From Candidatus Omnitrophota bacterium (GTDB lineage Bacteria > Omnitrophota > Omnitrophia > Omnitrophales > Aquincolibacteriaceae): DNA of 64,000 nt. Shown one piece after another: positions 21,057-31,494 of the stretch (the stretch's first letter is position 1; each line of letters starts with the position of its first letter). The stretch is taken from positions 16,710 to 80,709 of the forward strand of contig JAHFHF010000002.1 in assembly GCA_023247055.1 (NCBI GenBank), in the 5' to 3' direction. The notes beneath the pieces were generated by a model. It did not search any database and was not told where the DNA came from. It was given only the letters and a program-made list of their open reading frames with translations. Made by a program: the position numbers and the translations under genes.

Positions 21057-21281
21057 TGTCATTCCCGCCTCTGCGTGGAAGCCGAGACGGTCATGCTCGC
21101 CGCTGTTGGCGGCGTGTCATTCCCGCCTCTGCGTGGAAGCCGAGACGGTCATGCTCGCCGCTGTTGGCGGCGTGTCATTCCCGCATGCTTTTGGCGGGAA
21201 TCAGCGCTTTTTGACGTTCTCGAATGCCCTTGTCAAGGGCCCAGCAAGCCTGATCCCCGACAAAGACATTCGGGGATGACA
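21057..21281 (+). repeat. Two identical 58-bp modules followed by a GTCATTCCCGC..GCGGGAATC / GATCCCCG..CGGGGATGAC element
   Basis: attcccgc at 21061, 21119, 21177 (period 58). Confidence 0.92.
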
Positions 21282-21307
21282 TTGTGTGCGCGACCGCACA
21301 CACAATG

Positions 21308-23110
21308 TCACTTTCGTTTAAACTGTCTTTCAAGATCTGAAAACGTCTGCTTAAAAAAAGTAGGCCGGCCGTGCGGACAATGAAACGGATTGTCGCAGAC
21401 AGCCAGGCGCACAATCAGCGATTTAAGTTTTTCCGGCGCCAGCGCATCATGCGCTTTGACGGATTTACGCTTACAGGCAAAAAGCGCGGCGATTTCTTCT
21501 TCATAATCCTCAAGCCGCGTTTTTGTTTTTTCGTCCTCTTTTTCTTCCAGAAAATGGCGCAGAACTTCGGCGGGCGCTTCGTCCTGAAGCACGGCCGGAT
21601 AAGCACGGACGACCACGGTATTTTCGCCGAATTCTTCAGCCTCAAAGCCCATTTTTTCCAAAAGCGGCTGGGCCGCGCGGAAAACCTCGAGCTGGCGCGG
21701 ATGCAGCGTCAGCACATCTTCCACCAAAAGCCCTTGTTTTTGGGCGCCGCCGGAGCGCATTTCTTTGAGCAGCGTCTCAAACATGATGCGCTCATGCGCG
21801 GCATGCTGGTCGACCATAATCAGTCCGTCCTCAGTCTCAGCCACAATAAACGTGTGGTGGATTTGGCCCAGAATCTTGGTGACGCGAAACTGATCACGGA
21901 TGGCGATGCCCGCAGGCGCTGAAACCGCTTCGCGCTCGGGCACTTGAAAAATACCGGGATCCGCCGTACGCACCACCGGCTCTGCGGTCATGAATGTTTC
22001 TTGCCGGTAGTCTGTTTTTGCCAGCGGCCTTTCGCCGGAGTCAGGAAACGGGGTACGCCGCGGCAGCGGATCAAGCGGCTCAGCCGCGTCTTTTTTGATT
22101 TTAAGCGTCGGCGCAAGGTCGCCGGATTGCTGAAGGGCCTGCGCTACGGCCTGGCTTAAAAGCGAACGTACTTCAGGTTCGTTCGAAATACGGACTTCCT
22201 GTTTGGTCGGATGCACATTGACGTCCACTTTGGCCGGATCCACCTCAATAAAAACAACGGCCACCGGATATTGACCGTGCATCAAGGCGCCGTGATAGCC
22301 CCCATGCAAGGCATAACTGAGAGACTGCGATTTGATCAGCCGGCGATTGACCAGCAGCACCTGTCCCGTGCGGTTGGATTTGGCCATGAAAGGCTTGCCG
22401 GTTACACCCCATACTTTGGCATGATGGCCTTCACCGCGGAACTCGATAAAATGCCCCGCCTGTTCGTCGCCATAAATCATCGCCGCCCGGGCGCGTAAAT
22501 CCTGCCCCGGCACGAGGTCCAAAAGCGTACGGCCGCCGGACTTCAGCATAAACCCAGCATCAGGCATGGCCAGTGCAATGTGCGCGACGGCATCGACGAT
22601 ATGGCCTAACTCCGTGGAGTCGCCTTTCATGAATTTGCGGCGGGCAGGCGTATTAAAAAATAAATCGCGGACTTCGATAATCGTGCCCTCGCGGCAGGGC
22701 GCTTCCCGCACCGAGGTCTTGTGACCTCCTTCGACTTTGACTTCCACTCCGGAAGCGCGGCCGCGGGCCCGCGTGGTCATGGTCGTACGCGAAACGGCTG
22801 AAATGCTGGCAAGGGCTTCTCCCCGGAATCCGTAAGAAGCAATCGCCTCCAGATCTTCCGCCGTAAAAATTTTGCTCGTAGCGTGACGTTGAAAAGCTAA
22901 TTCGGCATCCTGCGGGTCCATACCCGCGCCGTCATCGGCCACCCGGATCAGGCTTTTGCCGCCATGCTCGACTGTGATTTCCAGCGACCGGGCGCCGGCA
23001 TCCAGCGCATTTTCGATCAATTCTTTGACCACCGAAGCCGGCCGCTCAACCACTTCCCCGGCCGCAATTTTATTGGCAATAATTTCAGGCAGAACCTGGA
23101 TTTTTCCCAT
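21308..23110 (-). CDS. mutL: DNA mismatch repair endonuclease MutL
   Basis: IAAGEVVERPASVVKEL.EN, GFRGEAL, DQHAAHER, ACK, CPHGRP. Confidence 0.97.
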   Translation of the reverse strand: MGKIQVLPEIIANKIAAGEVVERPASVVKELIENALDAGARSLEITVEHGGKSLIRVADDGAGMDPQDAELAFQRHATSKIFTAEDLEAIASYGFRGEALASISAVSRTTMTTRARGRASGVEVKVEGGHKTSVREAPCREGTIIEVRDLFFNTPARRKFMKGDSTELGHIVDAVAHIALAMPDAGFMLKSGGRTLLDLVPGQDLRARAAMIYGDEQAGHFIEFRGEGHHAKVWGVTGKPFMAKSNRTGQVLLVNRRLIKSQSLSYALHGGYHGALMHGQYPVAVVFIEVDPAKVDVNVHPTKQEVRISNEPEVRSLLSQAVAQALQQSGDLAPTLKIKKDAAEPLDPLPRRTPFPDSGERPLAKTDYRQETFMTAEPVVRTADPGIFQVPEREAVSAPAGIAIRDQFRVTKILGQIHHTFIVAETEDGLIMVDQHAAHERIMFETLLKEMRSGGAQKQGLLVEDVLTLHPRQLEVFRAAQPLLEKMGFEAEEFGENTVVVRAYPAVLQDEAPAEVLRHFLEEKEDEKTKTRLEDYEEEIAALFACKRKSVKAHDALAPEKLKSLIVRLAVCDNPFHCPHGRPTFFKQTFSDLERQFKRK

Positions 23111-23129
23111 AATTCCTCATTTTACCCTT

Positions 23130-23243
23130 TGTCATTGCGACCTGCAGTAGCAAGGCACGCTGCTTTTTAGCGGGCAACGAAGCAATCTGCTTTTAAAAAC
23201 GAGATTGCTTCGGCCTCAAATGGAACCCCGCCTCGCAATGACA
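23130..23243. repeat. TGTCATTGCG...CGCAATGACA palindromic element
   Basis: Terminal IR plus inner gaagcaatct/agattgcttc. Confidence 0.8.
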
Positions 23244-23249
23244 AATGAG

Positions 23250-25889
23250 TTATAATTTTTCTTTCCACTCAGCAATTTTATTGAGCGCCTGCAGCGGTGT
23301 CAGGCCGTCCAGGCTCAACGTGCGTAATTCATCAAGCAGCGGATGCTGTTTCGGAGCCGCATCAAAAAGACCCGGCTGGGGCGCTTCTTTTTTTGAGCGG
23401 CCTTTAGCGCTCTTGCCTTCGATAATCTGCGTAGCTTCCGTGTTTTCGCTCTCAAGAATCGCCAGAATTTTTTCAGCACGTTCAGTCACGGCCTTGGGAA
23501 TGCCCGCCAGGCGCGCGACGTGGATGCCGTAGCTGCGATCGGATCCGCCGCGCACCACTTTGCGCAAAAAAACAATGCCATCCCGCGTTTCGCGCACAGT
23601 GATATTATAATTTTTGATGCCCGGAAAATGTTCTTCAAGCTGAGTCAATTCGTGATAGTGCGTGGCAAAAAGCGTACGCGGCCGCACAGGGCCGCCGGCC
23701 AGAAATTCGCAAATGGCCCAGGCAATACTGACGCCGTCAAAGGTGGACGTACCGCGCCCGACCTCATCCAGAATCAGCAGGCTTTGCGTCGTGGCTTTCT
23801 GCAGAATGTGTGCCGTCTCAACCATCTCGACCATAAAGGTGCTTTCGCCGCGCGCCAAATCGTCAGAAGCGCCGATGCGCGTAAAAATACGGTCCACCAA
23901 ACCCGCGCGTACGCGGCGGGCCGGCACGTAAGAACCGATCTGGGCCAGCAGCACAATCAACGCGGTTTGACGGATGTAGGTGGATTTACCAGCCATGTTC
24001 GGGCCGGTCAGGACCGCAAGCTGGTTTTCGGCGGTGTCCAGATGCACGTCGTTTTCCACAAACTGGCCGGCCGGCAGCATCATTTCAACCACGGGGTGGC
24101 GTCCGGCTTCAATCACTAACTCTCCCGAAACAGCAATCTCAGGCGCCACCCATTTGCGCTGCAGCGCTGTGAGCGCCAGCGCAGCGAGGCTGTCCAAAAT
24201 CCCAATGGCGCGCGCCATGGTCTGAAGCGGCTCAAGCGACGACAAAATGCTCGCGCGGATTTGATTAAAAATCTCATACTCAAGCGCTTTGACCTTGTCC
24301 TCAGCCCCGGAGATTTTTTCATCCCAAGTTTTAAGTTCAGGCACGATAAAACGCTCGGCATTGGCCAGCGTCTGGCGGCGAATGTAATCCGGCGGCACCA
24401 GATGTGAGTTGGCAGTGCTGATTTCAATGGTATAGCCGAAAACTTGCGAATACTTCATGCGCAGGGACTTAATGCCGGTTCGTTCGATTTCGCGCTTTTG
24501 AAATTCGAGAATCCAGTTTTTACCGTTGCGCGCAATTTCGCGCATTTCATCGAGTTCTTTAGAATACCCGTCCCGGATCATACCGCCCTCGCGCACGGAA
24601 AGAGGCGGCGTTTCAACAATAGCCCGCTCGATTTCATTTTTAAGTTCAGGAAATACGCGGATCAGACTGGCTGATTTTTTCAAAATCACGCTTTGGACCG
24701 GCGCGAGCAGCTGCAGAATTTCCGGCACGCGGGCAAGAAAAATCTGCAGATTGACCAGGTCGCGTGCATTGGCCACGCCGTAGTTCAAACGGCTAAGCGT
24801 GCGTTCCACATCTTTGACGCCTTTGAAGAGGCCGCGCAGCGTATTGAGCCATTCGGGTTTGTGCGCCAACTCACCGACCCCGGCCTGGCGCGCCCGGATT
24901 TCTTCGGCGCCGAGCAAGGGATGCGTCACCCATTGATAGAGCGTGCGCGTTCCCATGGAGGTCAGGGTCTGATCCAGCGTCGAAAGCAGGGTCGGTCCTT
25001 GCTTGTCGCTTAAAGAACTTACGAGTTCCAGACTGCGCTGGGTCTGGCGGTCGAGCACCATAAATTCATGGGCTTCCATCAAAGACGGCAGCTGCAGATG
25101 ATCGAGCGCCGTATGCAGATGATCACGCAAGTAATAGAGAATCGCACCGCAGGCACTCACCGCCGCCGAACGGTCATGAAAACTCAGGCTTTGGCGCGAG
25201 GCCAGCTTGAATTTTTCCTGAATGAGGCGCAGGCAGTCGGCGGATTCAAAAACCCAGTCTTCATAGACCGTGACCGTGGCCTTGAGGCCGTCTTTTAAAA
25301 AACACGTCAGGGCTTCGTCTTTTTCCAAGCTTTTGGCGGCAATCACTTCGCGCGGCGCAAGCAGCGCCAGTTCGCCGCACAGGCGCTCCTGCGGCACTTC
25401 GCGCACGCAAAACTCGCCGGTGCTCAATTCGAGGTAAGCGACGGCCCATTGGCCGGCCGAACCGCGGGCCAGCGCGCACATATATTCAAACGCTTTGGAA
25501 CGGGTTTCATCCTCGAGATAGGTTGCGGGAGAAACAATGCGCGTGATCTTGCGTTCCACCAGCCCCTTGCCGGGCGTAACCTCGCCCACCTGTTCGCAGA
25601 TGGCCACTTTGAAATTGTGGTCGATCAATGTCCGGATATAGCCCTGCGAGGAGTGGTAAGGAATGCCGCACATGGGTACGCGGCCCGCCTCGCCGCCTTC
25701 ACGTCCGGTCAAGGTAATATCCAGAAGTTCAGAGGCTTTGAGTGCGTCTTCAAAGAACATTTCATAAAAATCCCCCAGCCGGAAAAAAAGAATGGTTTGA
25801 GAGGGCAGGGATTTCTTAATGGAGCGGTACTGCTCCATCATGGGAGTCAATTTGGGTTCAGCCGGAGATGTAAGGGATGTCGTCAGCAT
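23250..25889 (-). CDS. mutS: DNA mismatch repair protein MutS
   Basis: TPMMEQY, GDFYEMF, TGPNMAGKST, STFMVEM, DEVGRGTS, ATHYHEL. Confidence 0.98.
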   Translation of the reverse strand: MLTTSLTSPAEPKLTPMMEQYRSIKKSLPSQTILFFRLGDFYEMFFEDALKASELLDITLTGREGGEAGRVPMCGIPYHSSQGYIRTLIDHNFKVAICEQVGEVTPGKGLVERKITRIVSPATYLEDETRSKAFEYMCALARGSAGQWAVAYLELSTGEFCVREVPQERLCGELALLAPREVIAAKSLEKDEALTCFLKDGLKATVTVYEDWVFESADCLRLIQEKFKLASRQSLSFHDRSAAVSACGAILYYLRDHLHTALDHLQLPSLMEAHEFMVLDRQTQRSLELVSSLSDKQGPTLLSTLDQTLTSMGTRTLYQWVTHPLLGAEEIRARQAGVGELAHKPEWLNTLRGLFKGVKDVERTLSRLNYGVANARDLVNLQIFLARVPEILQLLAPVQSVILKKSASLIRVFPELKNEIERAIVETPPLSVREGGMIRDGYSKELDEMREIARNGKNWILEFQKREIERTGIKSLRMKYSQVFGYTIEISTANSHLVPPDYIRRQTLANAERFIVPELKTWDEKISGAEDKVKALEYEIFNQIRASILSSLEPLQTMARAIGILDSLAALALTALQRKWVAPEIAVSGELVIEAGRHPVVEMMLPAGQFVENDVHLDTAENQLAVLTGPNMAGKSTYIRQTALIVLLAQIGSYVPARRVRAGLVDRIFTRIGASDDLARGESTFMVEMVETAHILQKATTQSLLILDEVGRGTSTFDGVSIAWAICEFLAGGPVRPRTLFATHYHELTQLEEHFPGIKNYNITVRETRDGIVFLRKVVRGGSDRSYGIHVARLAGIPKAVTERAEKILAILESENTEATQIIEGKSAKGRSKKEAPQPGLFDAAPKQHPLLDELRTLSLDGLTPLQALNKIAEWKEKL

Positions 25890-25934
25890 ACAAAGGCCTT
25901 ATTCTACCAAAGGCCTTTGGCTTCGGAAAGAGAC

Positions 25935-26423
25935 TTATCCCAGCGTTGTAGGAGGTTGCTTTTCCAAGGCTAAAAGGCGTTCCAAGCGGCGGTTCAGGTC
26001 TTGGACCTCATCCAGAGGGGTTCTCTTGAGCGCCTCCGCGGCCTGGCTGCGGATGGAGGCCAAAAAGGCCTCTAAATCAAAGGGCTTCATCATGAAATCA
26101 CTGACCCCCAGCCGGAAAGCCTGCTGGCGTGAATCCGGCGAATCATAGGCCGTAATCACGATAAAACCCGACGCCCCGGCGCCAGCACGGTCCTGGAATT
26201 TGCGGATATGCTCAAGCGTCATCAGTCCGTCCAGGCCTGGCATGCGGATATCGCAGAGTACCAAATGAAAAAAGCCGCTTTTCGCTTTGCGGATGCCCTC
26301 ATAACCGTCTGTAGCCAAGTCCACCATAAAGCCTTCTTTTTCCAGAATTTTTTTGAGGGTCTTGCGCAGCAGCGGATCATCATCAATGACCAGAATAAAA
26401 CCCTTAGGATCTTTTGGCGGCAT
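25935..26423 (-). CDS. Response regulator (REC with short helical tail)
   Basis: LVIDDD, LCDIRMPGLDG, ITAY, KPF. Confidence 0.9.
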   Translation of the reverse strand: MPPKDPKGFILVIDDDPLLRKTLKKILEKEGFMVDLATDGYEGIRKAKSGFFHLVLCDIRMPGLDGLMTLEHIRKFQDRAGAGASGFIVITAYDSPDSRQQAFRLGVSDFMMKPFDLEAFLASIRSQAAEALKRTPLDEVQDLNRRLERLLALEKQPPTTLG

Positions 26424-26424
26424 T

Positions 26425-27258
26425 TTAAAGGGCCTGGCTTAACGCGATGAATTGATCGAGCGATAAGGTTTCCCCGCGCACTTTGGACGGCAAGTGGAGG
26501 CGCTCCAGGACTTCGCGGATGGCTTCACGGGTTTTAGAAATTTCCGGGCTGCCGGCGAGTAAGGGCAGCAGGGTCTTGCGGCGCTGGCTGAAAGCAGTCC
26601 GGACCAAATTAAAAAGACGCGCTTCCTGGTCTGGCGGCAGCCGCTCGGCCGCGGGTTTAAAAATCAATTCCACGACGCTTGAATCCACCTGAGGCCGCGG
26701 CGTAAAACAGGAGGGCGGAACGTCCCGCACCGGATGGATGCGCGTATAATACTGACAGCCTACGCTCAGACGTCCGTAATCCTTGGTTCCGGGTTTGGCC
26801 GCAAGACGTCTTGCCACTTCGCGCTGCATCATTAAAACAGCGCGTGAAAAAAAAGTATGCTGTTCAAAAAGACGGAAAAGAATCGGGGCCGTCACGTAAT
26901 AAGGCAGGTTACTGATCACCTTCCAGGAACCTTCCGCGCCGCCGTGTTTGGCAAAATCAAACTCGAGAAAATCCGCGCAGTAAAGATCAAACTGTTTGCC
27001 ATAGACGGGTTTTAATTCCGCTTCAAGCACCGCCGCAAACCTCGGATCTTTTTCCACGGCTGCTACATGAGCGCCGGAGGCCAAAAGCTCCCCTGTCAAG
27101 GCGCCCAAGCCTGGGCCAATTTCCAACACACGGTCGTTCGGCGTCAGTTCCAAAGCTTCGACGATTTTCCGGCTGACATTGGCATCGATCAGAATGTGCT
27201 GGCCCAGACGGCCGCGCACGTTCAACCCGTATTTTTTTAGCAGATCCACTTGCGTCAT
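26425..27258 (-). CDS. rsmA: 16S rRNA m6,2A dimethyltransferase
   Basis: LGQH, EIGPGLG, NLPY, QREVA, F.P.P.VDS, F.QRRK. Confidence 0.95.
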   Translation of the reverse strand: MTQVDLLKKYGLNVRGRLGQHILIDANVSRKIVEALELTPNDRVLEIGPGLGALTGELLASGAHVAAVEKDPRFAAVLEAELKPVYGKQFDLYCADFLEFDFAKHGGAEGSWKVISNLPYYVTAPILFRLFEQHTFFSRAVLMMQREVARRLAAKPGTKDYGRLSVGCQYYTRIHPVRDVPPSCFTPRPQVDSSVVELIFKPAAERLPPDQEARLFNLVRTAFSQRRKTLLPLLAGSPEISKTREAIREVLERLHLPSKVRGETLSLDQFIALSQAL

Positions 27259-27298
27259 GAGTTTTTTCTTTCGTCAAAAGTAGACTTAATCCCCTCTT

Positions 27299-27341
27299 TG
27301 TCATTGCGAGGCAGGGTTCACCCTGAAGCCGAAGCAATCTC
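27299..27341 (+). repeat. Half copy of the TGTCATTGCG...GAAGCAATC element
   Basis: tgtcattgcgag-gcagggttcaccctg-aagccgaagcaatctc. Confidence 0.7.
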
Positions 27342-27358
27342 CGCACCCAGAATATTTT

Positions 27359-28345
27359 CTAGACCAGTGACTCCGCAAGCCGCAGCGAAGCCTGCATCGA
27401 GGAAGCATCGGCCTTGCCGCGATAAGCAATATCAAAGGCCGTGCCGTGATCAGGTGAGGTGCGGACAAAAGGCAGCCCGAGAGTCGTATTCACGCCATCA
27501 TGGAAAGCGACCATTTTAAAAGGGGCCAGCGCCTGATCGTGGTACATGCTGATCAAGCCGTGGTACTGCCCGTTGTAAGCATCGTAAAAAAGACGGTCGG
27601 CGGAGACCGGGCCTTCAGCCTGTATGCCCCGCCGGCGCGCAGCCCGGACCGCCGGGACTAGAATCCGGTCTTCTTCCTTGCCGGTTTCGCGGCCATGCGG
27701 ATTGAGCGCCGCAATGCCGAGGCGCGGATGGCGGATGCCCATGCGTTGTTTTAGAAATTCGTGCGTCAAAATAATTTTTTCAAGAACACCGGCGCGCGTA
27801 ATTTTTGAACTGACGTCTTTTAACGCCACATGGATCGTAGCCAGTGTCACTTTGAGGCGCGGACTTACAAACATCATGGCGAATTTTTTGACACCGGCGC
27901 GTTCAGCCAGATATTCCGTATGTCCGGAAAATCCCGGCAGAATCATGCGGATCGCCGTTTTATTGAGGGGTGCTGTGACCAGCGCCTGGACCCGCCCGGC
28001 ACAGGCCAGACCGGCGGCACATTCAAGGGCCGCCAAAGCCATGGCCGCATTCTCACGCGAGAGCCTGCCCGGCTGCGGCGCAAGGTCCGTGAGGTTTTTA
28101 GCCGGAGTATCCAGAAAAGCCACGGTTCCGGCCTTGAGGCGCTCAATCTCGCCGGCTTTTACGGCTGTGAACGGAAAATCCAAACCTGTTTTTTTGTGCA
28201 GAAGCCGAAAAGCAGACTGCGGCCCAATCACCAGGTAAACCGAACGGCGCGGACGCGGCAAGTGACGGAGAGTTTTGACGATAATTTCCGGGCCAATCCC
28301 TCCGGGATCTCCGGCGGTCAGCGCAAGAACAGGAAGATTCATCAA
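27359..28345 (-). CDS. pdxA: 4-hydroxythreonine-4-phosphate dehydrogenase
   Basis: GDPGGIGPE, GHTEYL, LNPH, MYHDQ, RTSPDHGTAFDIA; surA-pdxA-rsmA order. Confidence 0.95.
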   Translation of the reverse strand: MMNLPVLALTAGDPGGIGPEIIVKTLRHLPRPRRSVYLVIGPQSAFRLLHKKTGLDFPFTAVKAGEIERLKAGTVAFLDTPAKNLTDLAPQPGRLSRENAAMALAALECAAGLACAGRVQALVTAPLNKTAIRMILPGFSGHTEYLAERAGVKKFAMMFVSPRLKVTLATIHVALKDVSSKITRAGVLEKIILTHEFLKQRMGIRHPRLGIAALNPHGRETGKEEDRILVPAVRAARRRGIQAEGPVSADRLFYDAYNGQYHGLISMYHDQALAPFKMVAFHDGVNTTLGLPFVRTSPDHGTAFDIAYRGKADASSMQASLRLAESLV

Positions 28346-28354
28346 AAACCGGCT

Positions 28355-29341
28355 TTAGCGGATGGAAATGTAGGCTTTGCGTTTAAGGTCATTGATCCAC
28401 TCATTAAACCGCGTTTCGGATTTTTGGCGGTACAGGATCGAATAAATTTCTTCGCGCACCTGCTCGAGGCCGCGCTTGCTTCCGCTTCTGATTTCTTCCA
28501 CGCGGAACAAGTGGTAACCCATGGCTGTTTCAACCACGCCTGAGGTTTCGCCGGGCTTGAGTTTAAAAATGACTTGATCAATGGCTTCGATCATGGCGCC
28601 GCGCTCGACCCAGTCCCCCATGCCGCCGTCTTTGGCATTCACATCTTGGGAGTTTTCGCGGGCAACCTCCGCAAAATCCGCGCCGCCGCGAATTTTGGTT
28701 TCGAGCTCATTGATTTTTTGGGAAGCGGCTTCATCTTTCAGGCCTTTTTCACGGGCCTCGTCACTTTTTTTAATGGTCAGCGAACGGACGCGCATGCGGT
28801 CTTTTTCGGTGAACTCTTCAGGGTGTTCCTCGAAATATTTTTCAATCTCGGAAGGCGAAATAATAATTTTAGCGCGAATTTCCTGCTCATGCAGCTGGCG
28901 CACCATTTCTTGTTTTTCAAGGCGCTCGCGCAGGCCGTGCAGCGTGACGCCCTGGGCATTCAAGGCCGTTTCCATAGTTTCGAGCGTTGGAAACTTTTTT
29001 TGAAAGGTCTCCATCTGCTTGTCGATTTGCGCCGCATCCACTTCAATTTTTTTTTCTTTGGCTTCCTGATAAACCAAACGGTCTTCAATCAGCTGATTAA
29101 GGAGTTTCGTGCGGGCCTCATTGAGCTCGCGAAAAAGTTTATCGCCGCTGTAGCGCTGCTTGTAATCTTCATAAATGGGCCGCAGGATCGAATCCAGTTC
29201 ACTTTGGGTGATGGCCTCATCGTTGACTACGGCAATGACCTGATCCAGCAACTGCGTTTGGGCCAAGGCCTGCGAGCCTGCCCCAAAGAGGCTTATCAGC
29301 AGGAAAACAGGCAGACTCTGAAGCCAAAACCGTCTTTTCAT
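28355..29341 (-). CDS. surA: SurA-like parvulin peptidyl-prolyl isomerase
   Basis: Signal peptide, IAVVNDEAIT, F..VA...S.D....GG..G, GYHL. Confidence 0.85.
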   Translation of the reverse strand: MKRRFWLQSLPVFLLISLFGAGSQALAQTQLLDQVIAVVNDEAITQSELDSILRPIYEDYKQRYSGDKLFRELNEARTKLLNQLIEDRLVYQEAKEKKIEVDAAQIDKQMETFQKKFPTLETMETALNAQGVTLHGLRERLEKQEMVRQLHEQEIRAKIIISPSEIEKYFEEHPEEFTEKDRMRVRSLTIKKSDEAREKGLKDEAASQKINELETKIRGGADFAEVARENSQDVNAKDGGMGDWVERGAMIEAIDQVIFKLKPGETSGVVETAMGYHLFRVEEIRSGSKRGLEQVREEIYSILYRQKSETRFNEWINDLKRKAYISIR

Positions 29342-29349
29342 AGGCGTTG

Positions 29350-29378
29350 TTTATAGCACAGTTTAGGGTCTGATTCAA
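29350..29378 (-). promoter_or_regulatory. Sigma70 promoter immediately before surA (near-leaderless)
   Basis: TTGAAT-17 nt-TATAAA with TG extension, 8 nt before the ATG. Confidence 0.55.
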
Positions 29379-29421
29379 TAAGGCCCGGCAGGCCTCAGAA
29401 CGCTGTCATTCGATGACGCTG

Positions 29422-29567
29422 TGTCATTCCCGCCTCTGCGTGGAAGCCGAGACTGTCATGCGCAGCGCTGTTGGCGCTGTGTCATTCCCGCCTCTGCGTG
29501 GAAGCCGAGACTGTCATGCGCAGCGCTGTTGGCGCTGTGTCATTCCCGCAAGTTTTTGGCGGGAATC
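29422..29567 (+). repeat. Two identical 58-bp modules plus a GTCATTCCCGC..GCGGGAATC hairpin overlapping the mfd 3' end
   Basis: gtcattcc at 29423, 29481, 29539 (period 58). Confidence 0.92.
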
Positions 29568-31474
29568 TTAGGAACTTTGTCCCCTTGCTCTTCCTGAACT
29601 GCCTGGCGCAGCATGCGGCAATAGAGATCAAAACCGACCGCATGAATAAAGCCGCTTTGTTCATGGCCCAGAATATTGCCTGCCCCGCGGATTTCCAGAT
29701 CTTCCATGGCAATTTTGAAACCCGACCCAAGCTCGGTAAAACGTTCGATCGCCGCTAGACGCTTTTCAGCATCCCGCGTCAAAACCCAGTTTTTAGGCAC
29801 CAGAAAATACGCATAGGCCTGGCGCTTCTCGCGGAAGCGCCCGACGCGGCCGCGCAGCTGGTAAAGATCGGCCAGACCAAAGGCGTCCGCGCGGTTGACA
29901 AAGATCGTATTGACGTTAGGAATGTCGAGTCCCGACTCAATGATGTTGGTCGACAAAAGACAGTCGAGTTTTTGTTCCATAAAAGCTTTCATCACGGCCT
30001 CGAGTTCCTGCGGATCCATTTGGCCGTGCGCCACGCCAAAGCGCACATCCGGCATGAGTTTTACAAGCTGAGCATGGATTTTTTCGATGGAAGCCACGCG
30101 GTTATGCACAAAATAACATTGGCCGCCCCGTTCAAATTCGCGGCGCATGCCCTGCACGATCCGCTGGTCGCTGTATTCAAGCACATACGTTTCGACCGCA
30201 AGGCGGTTCTTCGGCGGTGTATTGATCACCGACATGTCGCGCACACCCATCAAGGACAAATAAAGCGTGCGCGGAATCGGCGTGGCAGTCAGCGTCAACA
30301 CGTCCACCACGGCACGGTATTTTTTTAATTTTTCTTTATGCCGTACGCCAAAGCGCTGCTCTTCGTCAATCACGACCAGGCCAAGATCTTTAAACTGGAC
30401 ATCTTTGGAAAGCAAACGGTGCGTGCCGATCAAAATATCAACGGCCCCTTCACGGGCCGCGCGCATGATGCCCAGCTGTTCCCTGCGCCCGCGAAAACGC
30501 GACAAGACTTCCACGGTCACAGGGAAAGTGCGCAGCCGCTGTTTTAGAACCAGGTAATGCTGCTCCGCCAGCACGGTGGTAGGCACTAAAATCGCCACTT
30601 GCCTGCCGCCTGTCACCGCTTTAAACGCCGCGCGCATGGCCACCTCGGTTTTACCGTAGCCCACATCGCCGCAAAGCAGGCGGTCCATGGGTTTCGCCGA
30701 TTCCATGTCCGCTTTGACTTCGCTAATGGCCGTCGCTTGGTCCGGCGTTTCTTCAAAAGGAAACTCCGCTTCAAATTGGCTTTGCCACTCTTGGTCTTTG
30801 GGAAAAGCAAAGCCCTTTTCAACGCTGCGCTTTGCCTGCACTTCGAGCAGATCGCGCGCGACCGATACCACGGCCCGGCGCGTGCGTTCCTTGACGCGCT
30901 GCCAATCTTTCGTATGAATGCGGGTCAGTTTCGGGGCGTACCCCTCGCCGCCGATATAGCGCTCGAGCGGCTCATGCATGTCAAAGTACAAGATTTCACG
31001 GTCCGCATATTCCACGGCCAGATGCCGTTTGCGCTGGCCTTTGATTTGAATGGTCTTGGTACCCAGAAAACGGCCAATCCCGTATTCCAAATGCACGACA
31101 TAATCGCCCGCCTTCAAATCGGTGCTGTCGCTGAGCGATTCAAAGGCTTCGAATTTTTCGCGCAGGCGCGAAATTTTTTTACGGAAGGGGTCTGTGACGG
31201 GAAGGATAAAAACTTCTTCGAAAACCGTATAAACTTGGCCGTCGACGGGAGAAAAATCCCGGATTGAGACCAGACGATCGGCCTCAAATTCCAGCCGCAC
31301 CGGCGAGCGGTAGGTCACGGGGTAAATATCCAGAGTCGCGCCGCGCAGGCTAAACTCACCCGGATGCGCCACAAAATCTTTTTTTTCGTAATGCAGATTG
31401 AAAACAAAATCCTCAAGGGCTGCGCGGGGAAAAGAGTCGCCGACTTTTAAAACTTTGGGGGAATGGGAGTTCAT
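29540..31474 (-). CDS. mfd: Transcription-repair coupling factor, short form (644 aa)
   Basis: GEFSLRG..LDIYP (D2), GDYVVH.EYGIG (RID), [39 protein letters not shown]. Confidence 0.92.
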   Translation of the reverse strand: MNSHSPKVLKVGDSFPRAALEDFVFNLHYEKKDFVAHPGEFSLRGATLDIYPVTYRSPVRLEFEADRLVSIRDFSPVDGQVYTVFEEVFILPVTDPFRKKISRLREKFEAFESLSDSTDLKAGDYVVHLEYGIGRFLGTKTIQIKGQRKRHLAVEYADREILYFDMHEPLERYIGGEGYAPKLTRIHTKDWQRVKERTRRAVVSVARDLLEVQAKRSVEKGFAFPKDQEWQSQFEAEFPFEETPDQATAISEVKADMESAKPMDRLLCGDVGYGKTEVAMRAAFKAVTGGRQVAILVPTTVLAEQHYLVLKQRLRTFPVTVEVLSRFRGRREQLGIMRAAREGAVDILIGTHRLLSKDVQFKDLGLVVIDEEQRFGVRHKEKLKKYRAVVDVLTLTATPIPRTLYLSLMGVRDMSVINTPPKNRLAVETYVLEYSDQRIVQGMRREFERGGQCYFVHNRVASIEKIHAQLVKLMPDVRFGVAHGQMDPQELEAVMKAFMEQKLDCLLSTNIIESGLDIPNVNTIFVNRADAFGLADLYQLRGRVGRFREKRQAYAYFLVPKNWVLTRDAEKRLAAIERFTELGSGFKIAMEDLEIRGAGNILGHEQSGFIHAVGFDLYCRMLRQAVQEEQGDKVPKIPAKNLRE

Positions 31475-31494
31475 AGAAGCCGAAGTCCTTCGTT

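Noticed and set aside
21057-21203. 58-bp periodic arrays (also 29422-29567) as CRISPR arrays
   Set aside because: Whole units are identical within a locus, so there are no unique spacers; only 2 units each; no cas genes in the window.
21024-21414. Short ORFs across the radC-mutL and surA-mfd intergenic regions
   Set aside because: They are translations of the repeat modules in shifting frames, with no start signals.
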